A DNA stretch of 64,000 nucleotides from Hamiltosporidium tvaerminnensis FI-OER-3-3 (GCA_022605425.2 JAKIMF020000001.1:2356001-2420000); one strand, 5' to 3'; counted from the first letter of the stretch, positions 1 through 12,350 are shown. Numbers and translations are program-made. Notes: generated by a model not told the origin, from the sequence alone.

Positions 1-1148
1 TTATAAAAAATATTATTATATCTACAAATATAGCAATGTCTCAAACAATCTATAAATATTTTAGAACCAAATACTACACACATAGGATATATCATTCTAT
101 TAAAAGAAGAAACAACAGATTCATTTACTTCTGAATCATCAATATTACTGAATAAAATAATTATCAAATAAATAAAAATATTAAATCTTTTTGAAATATC
201 GGATGACAAAATATTAAATAAAGATTTTGTATCTATTTTTTTAAAAATATTGCTTTTCAATTCTACGAAATGGTTAGAAATAAGAAGAGAATATAAATTA
301 TTTCTTGAACCGTTTATACTCACGTGTAGTGTTATATATTGAATGTATAAAATACCCGTTTGTATTATATTTGCTATAAAATATACAGAACAAATACATA
401 AATATTTTAAATTCCATTCTTTCATATTTTGATACTTCAATGGTTTTTCACAATAAATTTCTTTATCGTAAACACACATCTCACTCTCTTTATAACAACA
501 GTCTTTATTATAATCATTATCTTTCATTGGTGGTATGTCAATATTATTTTTAAAGAAATCTTCACAGTCTCTCTTATAACAAGTATTGTTATTATAATCA
601 CTATCTTTCATTGGTGGTATATCAATATTATTTTTAAAGAAATCTTCACAGTCTCTCTTATAACAAGTATTGTTATTATAATCATTATCTTTCATTGGTG
701 GTATATCAATATTATTTTTAAAGAAATTTTCACAATCCTTTCTATATTTACTATCTTTCATACACGTACATGTTTTGGTAGAGGAAATATTGAAATAAGA
801 AATACTTAGAAGTACTTTGGTTACATCATTTAAAATGACACCAACAAGCTTGTCTGCAACTTCTAAAACATTAAAAAGTACATATAATTTCATAACCCCT
901 TGTAACCGTATATAATGATATATCTCAGCTGGATTTAAAATTCGAAACAATAAAAATCCAAATAAAACAGTAAAACTTTGTATAATTTGTACATTAGAAA
1001 TACATTTACGTTTATAAAATAAACACAAAATTGTATATAAAATATTATTAAATTTTCTTATAAATTTTTTAGTTTCATTTTTCATTTCTATAAATATTCT
1101 TGTTTCTAAATATCTTGGAACGTAAATGTACGAATATAATTCTTCCAT
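1..1148 (-). CDS. EMP65: EMP65/TAPT1 (DUF747) ER membrane protein, 3' end runs off the window
   Basis: Manual translation from ATG 1148 (CCC motif just upstream): YHYIRLQGVMKLYVLFNVLEVADKL, LISNHFVELKSNIFKK, SDISKRF and IDCLRHCYICRYN match TAPT1-family motifs. No stop in the window, so it is absent from the ORF track. Confidence 0.85.
   Translation of the reverse strand, partial: MEELYSYIYVPRYLETRIFIEMKNETKKFIRKFNNILYTILCLFYKRKCISNVQIIQSFTVLFGFLLFRILNPAEIYHYIRLQGVMKLYVLFNVLEVADKLVGVILNDVTKVLLSISYFNISSTKTCTCMKDSKYRKDCENFFKNNIDIPPMKDNDYNNNTCYKRDCEDFFKNNIDIPPMKDSDYNNNTCYKRDCEDFFKNNIDIPPMKDNDYNKDCCYKESEMCVYDKEIYCEKPLKYQNMKEWNLKYLCICSVYFIANIIQTGILYIQYITLHVSINGSRNNLYSLLISNHFVELKSNIFKKIDTKSLFNILSSDISKRFNIFIYLIIILFSNIDDSEVNESVVSSFNRMIYPMCVVFGSKIFIDCLRHCYICRYNNIFY
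490..735. repeat. 84-bp in-frame tandem repeat (~3 copies) inside EMP65/TAPT1
   Basis: ctttcattggtggtat recurs at 521, 605 and 689; encodes ~DCEDFFKNNIDIPPMKDNDYNNNTCYKR on the minus strand. Confidence 0.95.
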
Positions 1149-1344
1149 AAAAAAAGGGTATTTTTAGATTTTTTAAAAATTATATTTTTTATATTTTTAA
1201 ATTTTTTTTTTTTGTAAAGGAGTTTTTAGTTTATAAATGATTGGTAGATAATAAATTTGTTTTTGTGATAAAACTGTTTTTTTTAAAAGATTGATTAACA
1301 GATAATAAATTTATCAAATTAGAAATTCAAACCAAAAAAAAAGA

Positions 1345-1600
1345 CATAAATGAATAAAAAAAGAAATAAATAGAAATATAAAAGAATAAATTTTTAAAAA
1401 TAGGAATAATTAGAAATATAAAAAGAAGAAATTTTTAAAAAAAGTAATAAATAGAAATATAAAAGAAGAAATTTTTAAAAGAGTTATACTTTAAAAATGA
1501 AATAAAAAAATGAAATAAATAGAAATATGAAAGAAGAAATTTTTAAAGAATTATACTATTAAAAATAGGAATAAAAAAAAGGAATTAGTAAGGTATAAAT
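1345..1600. repeat. A-rich minisatellite (~40-bp unit)
   Basis: Repeated aataaatagaaatataaaagaagaaatttttaaa. Confidence 0.8.
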
Positions 1601-1802
1601 GAAAAATTGTAAGAAAATAGAATTGAAAATAAATTAGAAATAGAAAATAGAAATGGAAATGGAAGTAGAAGTAAAAAATAGAAAATAGAGATAGAAACCA
1701 TGTAAATAAATATAATAAACTAAAATATAAATAAAAATAAATGTTCTATTTCATTTTAAATTACAATATTATTTATTTATTAAATATTTTAATAAAAATT
1801 GG

Positions 1803-2426
1803 TTATTTCTTAAGTTTTTGAATAGTTTTTAATCTGAAAAATTCTTCTCTGTCATGTTCATCCAATTCTGCATTTATATAAGAAATAGTATTATTAAGTT
1901 TAGGAATTAAAAGAAATTCAAGAGCATTTACACGTCGATTTGTACTTTTAAGAACTTCATTTAAAATCTTAAAAGAATTTTGTAGAGTGGCAACTTCTAT
2001 AAGTAATTTAAAAACAGAAATAAAATTTTGTCTGCATTTGTTTAAAGACTTACCACATGTGTCTAAAAAAATCAATGGACGTAAAGATAATTCATTTATT
2101 GTAAATGAAGGTAGAGTTACACCAGATACTTGATCAATACTTACTTGTACATTTATAGGTACTTTCTTACACTCGTGTATAAACATTTTAAAATTACCAC
2201 CGTGAAATTCTGCTTCGGATATTGATATATAGGCTTGTCTGAACATTTTGGATACTTTTTTACGCTCTTCTTCTAGTTGTAGTTGTATTTCGCGGTATCT
2301 TTTTTGTAGAGCATCACTTTTTCTTTTTAGTAACATGTGTCCTCGTTCTGCACTTTTTAAACGAGTCATTGTAATTACTAAATTCATACGAGTAGCAAAT
2401 ATTTGGAAACGTTGGTCGCATGCCAT
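1803..2426 (-). CDS. VMA8: V-type ATPase subunit D
   Basis: RGHMLLKRKSDAL, VSGVTLP and TNRRVNALEFLLIPKLNNTISYINAELDEHDREEFFRLK. Confidence 0.96.
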   Translation of the reverse strand: MACDQRFQIFATRMNLVITMTRLKSAERGHMLLKRKSDALQKRYREIQLQLEEERKKVSKMFRQAYISISEAEFHGGNFKMFIHECKKVPINVQVSIDQVSGVTLPSFTINELSLRPLIFLDTCGKSLNKCRQNFISVFKLLIEVATLQNSFKILNEVLKSTNRRVNALEFLLIPKLNNTISYINAELDEHDREEFFRLKTIQKLKK

Positions 2427-2554
2427 ATGGGTTGTGTAAATCCGAATTTTTTTAAAAAATTTTAGTTTTAAATATGGTAAGGCATTTAAATACGAAAAGT
2501 GATTTAGTTATATTTTTTATGGTGGTTTGTATGATTTATAGTAATTTAAAAATT

Positions 2555-2940
2555 GTTTGAGTCATCTAATTAGGAATAAAAGAGATGATTTAATTTTTAG
2601 AATAAAATAAATATGTAAGTCATCTAATTAGGAAATAAATAATAAAAGTAGAGTTTAATAAGTTTTTTACTATTAATTCGGTTGGTTTAATTGGTTTATT
2701 GGATGAAAAGAAATAATAATAATTTAGATTAATAAATACTTAAGGACTTTACTCTTGTTTTAATCATTATAAAGGAATAAATAATTAGTACTTGTAGAGT
2801 TTAATAAGTATTTTAAAGACTTAAAACCTGTTTGAATCATTATAAAGGAATAAATAATTCATATTTGTAGAGTTTAATAAAATTTCTAATATTTATTCAA
2901 TTGTTTGAGTCATTTAAAAGCAGAAAACAAATAATAAAAA
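2555..2940. repeat. Degenerate tandem repeat upstream of VMA8
   Basis: Recurring gagtcatctaattagga, aatcattataaaggaataaataatt and gtagagtttaataa units. Confidence 0.7.
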
Positions 2941-3404
2941 TGGGTTTTATAGGTTAATTATACATTAAAATATATTTCTTTGTTTTATTTGATAAATGAA
3001 AATTATTTTGTGAATTTATTTTCTGAATAACGAATTAATTTTTATAAAAATTTTTAATAATTAATTTTAAATTAAATAGCAATTTGTTTTTTGAGTCAAG
3101 TGATTATATTTGCAATTTTGATTTACAACTAAATTTAATATTTATTTGTGTTTTTTTACTGAAAATTTATAGGATAGAAGATTTAACCAAGTATTTGGTT
3201 TTTGAATTCTTATTAATGTGTTTTTCCATACTGAAACTTTATATTGTAGAAGATTTTGGTTTAAATTTCTTAATTTTTATGTTTTAGTCATTAATTATAT
3301 TTTAGTTAAATCTTATTTACTCGTAAGATAGTTGAAGATTAATTAAAAAACAAAAGAATGATTTATATTTTATTAAAATAAAAACGGAGAAATCATTAAT
3401 TAAA

Positions 3405-3622
3405 TTCTCGGCACTACAGCCCTGCACGGGCCTTGGTCTCATTCAGCGATGCCGTCCATCGGTCTTTTTCCAGTGAGTTCGTTTATTTTTTTGGGTTTCG
3501 TAACAAGGTGGTTTTAAAGGATGGATTGTTAGCCCTACGCCTAACATAGAAGACTAGTTCCTTTTGGTCGTCTCTTACGACAAGCAGGAAATACTCCAAG
3601 CCAATTTTGCTCTCGGAATGGT
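3405..3622 (-). mobile_element. Non-autonomous RTE-derived (SINE-like) element, copy 1
   Basis: Colinear with 63731-63967 (gggtttcgtaacaaggtggttttaaag identical); ctacagccctgcacgggccttgg matches the RTE 3' end at 61697. Confidence 0.8.
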
Positions 3623-3719
3623 AGAAAAATAAAAAATTAGAAATTTATTTTAATTTTTATATAAATATTTCGTGAAATATTTATATCGAGCATATATATA
3701 AAATAAAGACTTAAGAGAA

Positions 3720-4145
3720 TTAAAATAAAATTTCTTTACTTGGGAGTAATTTCTTTTTAGGTACTAAATTGTCTTGTATGAGCATTTCTATTACATTTTG
3801 AAGTGATACAATGTGGATATATACTTCCATTCTTTTTACAAAATCTGATTGGTGATTATGTTTAAGATTTTCATTTATAATTACAAATGTAGATTTATTA
3901 GCAAACAGTGATTCTAAAATAGTACCAGTGCCTCCGTGTGTCAATATTACATCATAAATATCGATAGGAAGTGGATATTTATAGTTGATAATTGTAACAT
4001 TTTCTATTTTATTGAATTTCTCGTTTGTTTCTCCGGTTTGAATAAATATTTTGGTAAATTTTTTTTGTAGAATGTGAATATTTTCTACAATTTTTTTGAT
4101 TAATAAATCGAAGGATGTAGAGCCAACAGTTACTAAAAGTTTCAT
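3720..4145 (-). CDS. ALG13: UDP-GlcNAc transferase subunit Alg13 (GT28 C-terminal type)
   Basis: LVTVGSTSFD, IQTG, THGGTGTILESL, VIINENLKHNHQ; CCC upstream. Confidence 0.9.
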   Translation of the reverse strand: MKLLVTVGSTSFDLLIKKIVENIHILQKKFTKIFIQTGETNEKFNKIENVTIINYKYPLPIDIYDVILTHGGTGTILESLFANKSTFVIINENLKHNHQSDFVKRMEVYIHIVSLQNVIEMLIQDNLVPKKKLLPSKEILF

Positions 4146-4599
4146 GGTAGGGATATATTATGTATATAAAATATTACTGATTTCTAATGAAATCATATGA
4201 AGCTTGTGAAAGAAAAATATAAAAATTTCATTGTAAAAAAATCTAAAACTGCAAAGAAATTTGTAAAAAAAATGGTTTTAGGTTAAAATCATTGAATAGT
4301 TTTTTTAAACCATCTTTATTATAAAGCGAGATTAAGGTTATAGTTTTTAAGATTCAATGTAGAATATTTTTGATTTTTTAAAAAAAAATATAAATTATGC
4401 TTCGATGAAATTACGATTTGAAATATTCTAATAGTGAGAACTTAAAAGTTCAGCAGACCCGTGAAAACAGCCGAATGCGATTAGAAAATCTATTTTCTGT
4501 TGTAAAAGTATGGCAATAGACGATGCAATAATTTAATTTTTAAAATTAAACAAAAAACGAATTATAAAATATAGAAAAATACTATAAACTGCCTTTTCC

Positions 4600-6450
4600 A
4601 TTGTAATATAAAGAAAAAAAATATTGGCGACATAAAAAGAGGAAAAGATAAAATAAATGCTGGAAGGAACTAAAAGAATGATCTAAGCGGGCAATGATAT
4701 GCTGAATTGAGGCAGAAATCTATTATTTACCCCTTCAAAATCAGAGGAAACCCGTAAAGCACCTTTAAATAGATATATTCATCTACAAAATACTGGTTTA
4801 TGTTCAATATACCCATCTAATTTCGCTATATACAAACAATGGAAGGGCATTCATACCACCTTAAAATGTACTCTTTCCAGAAAGAACTCAATCTACACAT
4901 ATAACACTTATGACCGCTAGAATTCTATATAGATGAATAGCCTCTGATTATATTAAACCAGTATGAAGGGATTTTACGAGTAAGGAAAAAAGTGATTGAT
5001 ATTTTAATGTATTTAACTAAGAAATTAGGCGTAATATTATCTTCATCATCTTAAAAGAATTGGTTTTGACTTAGGAAAAAATGTAAATTACCATAAAAGA
5101 ATAAAAAATGACATGAAATTGCTTTTTATACCTGAAGATATTTTTTACGGTCGAAAGTCAATAATGATACATTGAGATATATTTGAGGAAATCAAAGAAA
5201 TATGGAGAAAGAAATTGAAGAATTAATGGTCCGAACTGGAAAACTACAAATAAATGAGTTTATACTAATTCTCAGCAATTAAATAATTTTTGAATATGGA
5301 GATTCAAATATAAAGCAGAACCCCTATGTAGCACACATGCAGATCAGCTATTTTATATCGAGACAAACCCCGAAGAGAAGCTTTGATTAGAGTTAAAAAT
5401 ATAACAAAAGTGAAAATTTTAAAATAATACCTTGAAATATCTTTCTAGAATCTCCATAGACAGGATAAATTCGTAATTCTTAAACAAAAGGTTTTGAGAA
5501 ATAAAATATTCAAAAATTTTATGAGACGTACAAAAGAGCGAACTTATCAACGCTTTAAATTGAACCTGGGGATTAAATACATATGCGAAGAAACCAAGGA
5601 TTTGGGCAATCACAAAGTAAATTAAAAGAGTTTATCGTATGTTTTATCTACTTATAAGTTGATAGTATAGTTATCTCAAAAAAGTCGTTCCTAAAGTCTA
5701 GTGGTCTCGAAGAAATTCTAATTTTTTAGTCTAAAATGTGAAGAAACTACAGCTATTTGGAATATAGTAATAAGATTCAAAATACTAAAATTAAATACTT
5801 TTCAGACTGTTTTGACTCTTTATTCATGAATTTATGAATGTAATTAATGGTTTTTCTAATGATAGAGCTTATTCGAATTAAAATGGTCATAGTAGACCCT
5901 GTCCTGAAGATTGGGACAAATATAATTTCTTTAGCTATTTCTAAATTCATTCGCCTAGGAAAAAAACTCATGGATATCGGCTTTACCAGGGCCTATATAT
6001 TAGGTGCCTGAATGTCAACTACAATGAAGCATTGACTGCAAATCAATATTCTTGCATGTGATTATCTAGAAATCAACTGCAGAATCTCAAAAATGGTGTT
6101 ACATTTAAGATTTAAAAGTAAAAATTTGTTGCTATAATGAAATAGAACAGTAAAAGACGCCAACAGCCTGATCGTGCAATGCCCATCTTGTTCCAAAAAA
6201 ATCAGATTTTTTTAAGCTATAATCCGTTTTCACCAAAATAGCATATGACCTAAAACATCATGCATTTAGAATTAGATGCATCGAAAACTCAATCTTATTG
6301 AGGTTATAACGAGATTTTATTAATCATCAAAAAAAGAAAAATCTTATATCGACGAAACTTGAGCAAATTCTAAGCAAGAATTACAAAGAAATTTTCAGCA
6401 TATTCGAAGTTTTTATTCTCTCTTATATATTAATTAATGATAATTTAATT
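4600..6450 (+). pseudogene. Highly decayed Ty3/gypsy-like pol relic
   Basis: Scattered remnants in RT-to-integrase order, e.g. KCTLSRKE (~4863) and IVQCPSC (~6172); many stops and frameshifts. Confidence 0.35.
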
Positions 6451-8269
6451 CGAAAAAAATCTCGATGAGAAATATACAAAAGTGACTGTTTATGGGAATA
6501 AACCTTTGGATTTTAAAAACCATATCTTTATTGTCAAAGATACAGAGGGTGAGCGCATTCTTCAAGTATAATCTAGTTTAAAGACAGACAGAGTATAATA
6601 TTCTTCTCGAAAATAAGATGAGAAATTCACAAGATAAAATAATCTTAATTTTGCGTGGTATAAAAGAACTATTGCTCTTTTAAAAGGATTTGGTATTTAC
6701 AAGTATTTAAAAACAATAGAAGATTATAAAAAAATCCATACGAGAACTTTTTGGAAGGGAAAGAGAAATTAATAGAAAGAGTTAAAAAATTTTGCTTCGT
6801 CAAGTTAAATGCAAAAATAATTTATGCAACTTATAACCTGGAGTATCCCCTATCAATTACCATGTAACTGTAATTATACATAAACCGGCACAATTATCGG
6901 ACTATGATTATATATATGTATGAGGTGTGTTTGCAATTAGAAAGTACAAAAAATCCTTATATAAAGGGAAAATGTTAATTATTTTATCCAAATCTATAAA
7001 AAAAAGTTTTGTATTTAATTGCGATACAATATCCTATTAAAATCTCTTGTATTTTCCGAGAAATCGAATGAAAATCTATAAAAAATGCCGCAGTACTTTC
7101 ATTTGAATATGATATCTATTAATACTTTGCAGTGCGAAAGACATGGTCAAAGAAAAAATTAATCAGAAAGATGTATTAAGTTTAATTTCTAAAAAGACTG
7201 ATTGTGAATTTAATAGCAGAATAAAAAAAATATGTTACATTCCACCTTATGTAATTCTAGAAATAACGAGCATTTGGGTTTAAGTGATTTCTCCAAATAA
7301 CTTATGAAAGAAAATATAAGTTGCCTAGAGAAGTGATATAGTGTCACAATCGATTAGAATTTAATTTGAAATGCAGAAGTATTGTCTATTTTATGAAAAT
7401 TCTGAACATTCAGATGAGCTTTCGACTGCTATATATAAAAAAATGGCAAAATATGAACAAAATAGAGAAGATGACATAAATTTTCGGCATACACATGTAA
7501 TTCTCTAAGAAATGCAAGATCAACTACGCAAGACAAACTAATAAATCTTTTATCTACGAAGGCCTTCAGAATGAGCATGCAGATTTAGAAGAACATGGAA
7601 AACAACAAATTTTCAAATCCATATAAAAATTTAGACTGAGTTTCTTTGATAAATAAAATTACTTGATTGTACATACTGAGAACGGAAATACTTTCAAGAA
7701 TCTTTTAAAATTTTGTCGGAAAGCTGAGCAAGTACATGTTATATGACATCAAAATGTATTATATTTATATATTTAATATAGAGATGATCTCTAAAGTAAT
7801 AAACTGAAATTGAGATGTAAATTAACACTGTAAAAGGTACAATAAGAAGCTTTGAATATAGTAAAAAAATGAGACTTCTATTCAATTGATGGAAAAAAAG
7901 ACAGGCGAAACGGTTTATTCCAATTGAAAAATAAACTAGGAGTCGAAAATAAACATTCTATGGTTGTAAAAGAGTATTCTGAGGTATATAGAATGATCCA
8001 ATACACTAAATAACATATATTCTAATACATATACTCACTAATGAGAATTAATATTTTAAAAAAACACCAGAGTTTTTCATCCAAAATCGTGAACAAAACA
8101 AATCAAAACACTGGCTGAAGAAATAAAAAAAATGTGTCAAATAAAAATGATGATTTAAAGTTAACAAAATATAAGGTATAATAAAGTAAACAAGATCGAT
8201 AAAGAAAACTATTGATTTAACAAAATAGATTTATAAAATAATATTAATCTTTTAAAAACACCGGAATAA

Positions 8270-8625
8270 GTTATAGTTGTTTTCACGACAGTAACACAGT
8301 TCTATGTTTAACTTAAATAACTGCTCCCCAAACACTCCATCTGTACTTTCTACTATACAATCATCCGATAGCCTTTCATCAAAAGGTATTTAGATCCCTA
8401 AAAATAGACAAGGCGGTTTCCGGTGCCCGTTAATGCCGTTGCATAGAGTGTGATTGAAGGCTGAAACCCACCCGGGCTACATCAAGAATATGCAGCATTT
8501 CCACTTACTCATACTTTTTGAATCAAATAAAATTTGAGCTAAGATATATTTCAGAGACTTAAATGGGTCCACGTAGACAGTGAAATGTCATACCAACAGT
8601 TATAACCTCTACTTAGCTTTCCTGA
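8270..8625. mobile_element. Unclassified ~360-bp dispersed repeat X, copy 1
   Basis: Colinear with 30895-31265 (gagtgtgattgaa.gctgaaacccaccc; gctaagatatattt; aatgtcataccaacag; tacttagctttcctg); GC-richer than flanks. Confidence 0.85.
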
Positions 8626-8639
8626 GTTAAAACGTTTCT

Positions 8640-8835
8640 ATTTTTATTTTTTCCGAGGCGCTAAGTCTTCTACCCGAGTAAACAAGGCTAGGTTTCTATG
8701 CTTTTACACGGTGCTTACCCAAAATTTCGGTTGCCTTCGATCTAGTTACATAAAAAACTATAATATAGATTTTTAGAAAAGGTTTTGCCATTTCGTAGAC
8801 CTTCTTCTCATACAAACTCTCATGAAACAAACGAA
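8640..8835. repeat. Dispersed repeat Y, copy 1
   Basis: Shares gcg/acg-c-aagtcttcta..ccgag, atgcttttacac and catacaaa..ctc.tgaaa with the reverse complement of 20285-20480. Confidence 0.5.
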
Positions 8836-9465
8836 AATCTAGTGTGGGTTTATTTCCATCAAAAATATAAACAATGCTTTTCGCACAAATTTCACATATT
8901 CATTGCCAAGCATATGGTTTTTATGTCATTATCTTTCTTCCACCATTGGATTAACAAAATCAACATTAATTATTTTTAAGATAAAATTATAGAATTAAAT
9001 ATGTTTAATTTTTATGATATTCGTTTTCTTGCTGTGAAAACAGAATCCAGAAAGAATTTTATGTGATTTTAATTAAGAGCATGGGTTATTTCCTTTGTTG
9101 ACATTACACAATAACATAAAGCAAATATTACATATTCAAAAGATAAAGAGTGCAACGACTGAAGGCTCAACTGAAATCTAACTTTAGATTCCGATATTTG
9201 TACCAAAATACCATTGGCGCATCATATTGAGGAAGTTTTTAAAATTTCTTTATCATAGAACGTAACATTATATATAGAATCGAATTATTTTAAATATTAT
9301 GAAAGGGTATCTCAAACGCAACTCCAACTAAATTTAGAAATTGGTGTATTAAATTAAATTTACATATATTAATTGATTAAATTAAAAAACGATTAAAATA
9401 TATATTTTTAGGATAAATTAATTTTTTTCTGCAGTATATAATTCCGGATTCTTTTTACCAAAAAT

Positions 9466-11865
9466 ATGCCTCAATATATATATTTCAAGAATGCAAAGAG
9501 TTTGAATAGTGAAAAGACGTACTGTAATTCGTTTGTTTTTCTAATATACTTTCCGTGTTGGGTGTACGCAACAACAGTAAGTTTTTTTGTTTTCAACAAT
9601 GAAAATTCGATAAAGAACGTGAATACCGGGAGTTCATCTTCATATATAATCGAATTGCAACCCAAGCCAACTGACTGGTTTATAGAAGAGGATAAAATTT
9701 CACTTTTTAAAAATAATATTCTATGCTTTAAATCTGGTGAAGAAACAAAATATTACAATCCAACCATTTTAACAATACCTTGCCCAAATAAGATATTACT
9801 CAATCCAATTTTTTCAAAAACTTCATTTGAATCTAAACAGACAAATATTAAGATATTTCTTAAAGACGTTTCTTATTCTGCCTTACTTCTATTCCTTAAA
9901 TTAATAGATCATCCAGATATCATCATTAATCAAATAAAAATTCAAGAGTTTATAGATATTTTAATGATTATTTCTGTATTGGATATAGAAAAATCCAAAG
10001 AAAGAAATATTTTTTTAAAAGAATTATTTAGAAATTTTATGTTTGCTATAGAAAATGGAAATGAATATTTCAATTTTGAAAAATATTGTGAGAGTTATCA
10101 TTATAAACACATAAAAAAATCTGTTCTTATGGATTTGTTGATATTCTTTATTGAGTTTATTACATTTAATGATAAGAGCGCACAGAGATATATTGTTTTA
10201 TCCGGCAAAAAATTGGGATTTAACTGTGATACGAAATATTTTACTTCCTACAATCTTTTCAAAAAAGCTATAAAGGATGAAATAAATTTATGTTTAGATG
10301 AAATCAGCCTTCAAATTTTATTTAGAATGATGAATATTAAACATCTAATGAATATATGGAAATTTATTGTCAACATTATTCGACTAGATCTTCTTTATTT
10401 GATCTTCTCAAATGAAGAAATATGCAATAAGGCTATCTTACTTTTCTCATATAAAATATTTCAAACAGAGAAATTATATATTCGTTACAATAAAAATTTA
10501 TCCAATTTTCTATTCAAGCAGACCAAGATAAATATATTCTGGGAAAATTTAAAGGTAATAAAATTAGAATCTAATTTTACTATAGAGGAACTAAATAAAG
10601 TATTAGGTTTATGTGGCTATATTCAAAAACTTACTCTAATGATAGAACCATTAAATTTTGAAAAACTAAGTTTGTTGGTTGATTTTACAGTAAAAAATCC
10701 AGATAAGATTTGAAAAGCCATCAAATCAAATTATGACTATATCAATTCCGAACATAATTCATTATTACTTATTCCGAATAATCTTTTATGTTACGTAAAA
10801 ATAATAGAAGATGGATCATCAAATACAGTAACTCCACAATTTTTACATCGACATGAATATAATTATACCCACATAGAAGATACGAAATTTGCTACCAATT
10901 TTTTACTTTTTGAATGTTCAAAGATCAGATCTCTTAAACTTCGATTTCAAAATAATTCTGTGCCTTTTAAATTTCGAAAGTTAGATTTTACATCATTAAG
11001 ATATTTCAAATCTATAAAATATTTTCTCGTGCAAAATATTGTTATTTGTAATGAATTACTTATGTATGTTTTGGAATCTAATACAATGGTTTTGCTTAAA
11101 ATTGTTGGATTCGTTTGTGCCTATAACGGAAAATGTTTTGAGAAAAATAATATCATCAATACAAAATTACAGTCACTTTGTTTAATAAATCCACTTGATT
11201 TTATTGACACTAGCCTTCTAATTTATTTGAGAAATTTTAAAAGTGTCGCGGATTTGAAATTTGAAAATGTATTCGTGGAATCCTCACCATCATATTCTAA
11301 AAGAATCTATCAGTATATTTTCGGTTCCAAAGAAAAAATTGATAAGAAAATTGAGGAGAAAATCAATTTGAAGCGCCTAGAGATTATAGACGTATTAGTG
11401 GTTGATAATTCTAATATTTTGTATTTATTATCCAAAACCTATGATTTTTCTGCGTTAATTAAACTCACTTATCGCGTAAATATTCTAATAGAAACAGAAT
11501 ATTTTTTTTTCAGTAATATGGAAAGGCTTGAAGTTATTACCATCGATGTTCGAAATCCAAATGAATATATTAATCTTAAAAGACTATTTAATAACCGTAA
11601 TTTATTTAGTACAGTAGCCATGTTATATGTATATGTAAGCAAGATTCAAAAAGAAGACATTGAATTCTTTAAATCATTTAGAAATTTGACATTTCTATGT
11701 TTATCATGTGCTCAAATGGATCAGGAGATTGTTTCAAAACTAAAAAAGAATGATTTTTTTCATGTTAAATTGAAAATTATTTTACCGATTCAAAATAAAC
11801 AATTATAGGAAATAAAAAATTATATGGAAACCGAATTCGGAATTTACTCCTTAGAAGTAAAATAG
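9466..11865 (+). pseudogene. Family A hydrophobic-leader/BTB-like/LRR-like gene with two in-frame stops
   Basis: ORFs 9466-10713 and 10960-11808 share one frame. The gap and tail translate as homologues of 12567-15002; TGA at 10711 and TAG at 11806. Confidence 0.85.
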
Positions 11866-12189
11866 TGATCTATAAAGAAAAAAAATCTATTAAAGTAATA
11901 TTTAATCTACTCTTTTATGTCATTTTCTAAATTAATTTATCTTTCTTGTACAATATATGATTTTAATATCCAAGAGATAGTAATTTAACTATATTCTTAA
12001 ATAAAGCCTGTAAAATTTTCTATTAAATAAATTAGATCACCTAGAGATGATATCATGTTTATATTTACTTTATACTAACTTGCCATTATTTTTGTCTTGG
12101 ATTTTCCCTTCAACTTTTTAGTTTATTTCTAAGGTTGAATACATTCTTTCTTTACAACCTTGCAAATTTTTACACGCGTGATAATTGTA

Positions 12190-12350
12190 AAGCTAAAACA
12201 CTCCACGGATGAAACAAACCTCGCAATTTAAATCATCGCAACGTTCTTTAGAAATTTTATTTTAATAGATTGGGTTGTCTTTCTAGCGCAAACTTTGTTT
12301 TTTTACTCCTTATAAGAGATGTATAACCGTGGATTGAGCTGAGATCCTAA
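12190..12350 (-). pseudogene. Tc1/mariner transposase relic
   Basis: Remnant ..QSTVIHLL..KVCAR resembles the mariner STV..IL...KVCARWVP motif. Confidence 0.4.

Noticed and set aside
429-809. 126-aa repetitive hydrophobic ORF on +
   Set aside because: Antisense shadow of the repeat within EMP65/TAPT1; non-ATG start.
6850-8250. Possible MULE/hAT transposase relic
   Set aside because: Coding-like composition but motifs too eroded to assign.
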